DNA from: the human T2T-CHM13v2.0 reference genome, Homo sapiens
Length of the DNA: 64,000 bases
Direction: 5' to 3' (one strand)
Assembly (NCBI RefSeq): GCF_009914755.1
Contig: NC_060926.1
Below, piece after piece: positions 62,971 to 64,000 of this stretch. The notes under the pieces are model-generated. The model worked only from the letters and a program-made list of their open reading frames with translations, was not told the DNA's origin and did no database searches. How positions within the stretch are numbered: position 1 is the first letter of the stretch; every line of letters starts with the position of its first letter. Position numbers and translations under genes: made by a program.

Positions 62971-63041
62971 CTTCTAACTGCGACAGACTTAGAGGTACAG
63001 TTGCTTGTTATGACAGGTATTAACCTAGGGATGTGTGTGTG
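62971..63041 (-). CDS. CLASP1: CLASP1 coding exon (TOG2), HTHIPRLIPVITSNCTSKSVAVR
   Basis: 71 nt, cag|...|gtaaat, phase 0-2; peptide recognised as CLASP1 and joins the next exon in frame. Confidence 0.93.
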
Positions 63042-64000
63042 CTGTGAAGAACAACAAAAAACAGAGGTCAACACTTGCAAATACAAAAACAAAACAAAAT
63101 TAAGAGAATCACTTCCTTACTAACCTACTTATAGCACATATATATTCAGATTAGAATGTCAGTGAGTTTTAAAAGAAAAAAAGAATTCACAGGATATTGT
63201 CAAAAGCCATTAGAAAATTTACAGAGTTAAGAACAGGCAACATGATGACATGAAGATAAGCCTAAAACAATCATTAGTATGAGGTCTAAATTATCTCAGC
63301 TGTAGACATCTGAGTGGGTTTAAAAGGAGTGGGTTTGAAAGGAGTCATCAGACCAATATATTTTGATACTATTTCAATAGAAATGTCCAATAATGACCTT
63401 GGGTTTAACAGTTAAAGCAGGCAGTGCAAGTAAGAACAGTAAGAACTTATAATACAAAGTAAATAACCAATAATCAAGAATATTCTGGATAGATTTTAGA
63501 CAACATCATCAAGCCTCAAAGTTTCAAGAGCTGCCTCTGGGCAAAAATGACTTGAAAGTGGTGGGGAGGTAATGTGGAAAACCATTTTAAACCTTTGTGA
63601 ACTATTAGATTTTGTTAAAAACCTGTGTATAAATTACTTGGATAATTATTTAAATTTAAACAAACAAGTGCCTAGAAAACCTAACCAAAGAGAACATTTT
63701 GTTTCGTGCTTATGTGCAATTAATTAAACTTTTGGGTGAACAGTAAAACCACAAGCACCAATACCTAAAACGGAAGGACTGGGACTAAGGAGGTAAGACT
63801 AAGAGTAATATCCGAGTAACAAGAATACAATATAAACTCAGAAGCAGACACCGGATGTTCGAACATTTTAAACCAATAGTGAGTTAACAATCAATACCTC
63901 ATTAACTTTATAACACAACCATAATTCACATTATGGATTATAAAAAGCTCACATGCCACAATTAAGTAGGGGGAAAAGATGATATATATACAAAATTCCA

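Overview
Primate (human-like) genomic DNA, not prokaryotic. The whole window lies inside CLASP1 on the minus strand. I traced 21 coding exons by GT-AG boundaries and phase continuity. They run from the end of TOG2 (HTHIPRLIP..., 63041) through the Ser/Arg-rich SxIP linker into TOG3 (...KSSDVRK, 2425). The most notable structure is a dense set of frame-preserving cassette exons and microexons of 48, 24, 27, 108, 63, 24 and 3 nt, several with nearby UGC (SRRM3/4-type) or UGCAUG (RBFOX) motifs. There are also a few weaker cryptic exon candidates. The introns hold about 25 Alus, MIR/L2 relics, MaLR LTRs, MER30 and MER104 DNA elements, and a young L1PA2-like insertion with a twin-priming 5' inversion and a large internal deletion. 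Most ORFs in the supplied track are Alu, L1 or chance frames. I found no evidence for a wholly new biological system; the best leads are splicing-regulatory and retroelement-rearrangement observations. Exon coordinates were counted by hand; repeat boundaries and subfamilies are approximate.
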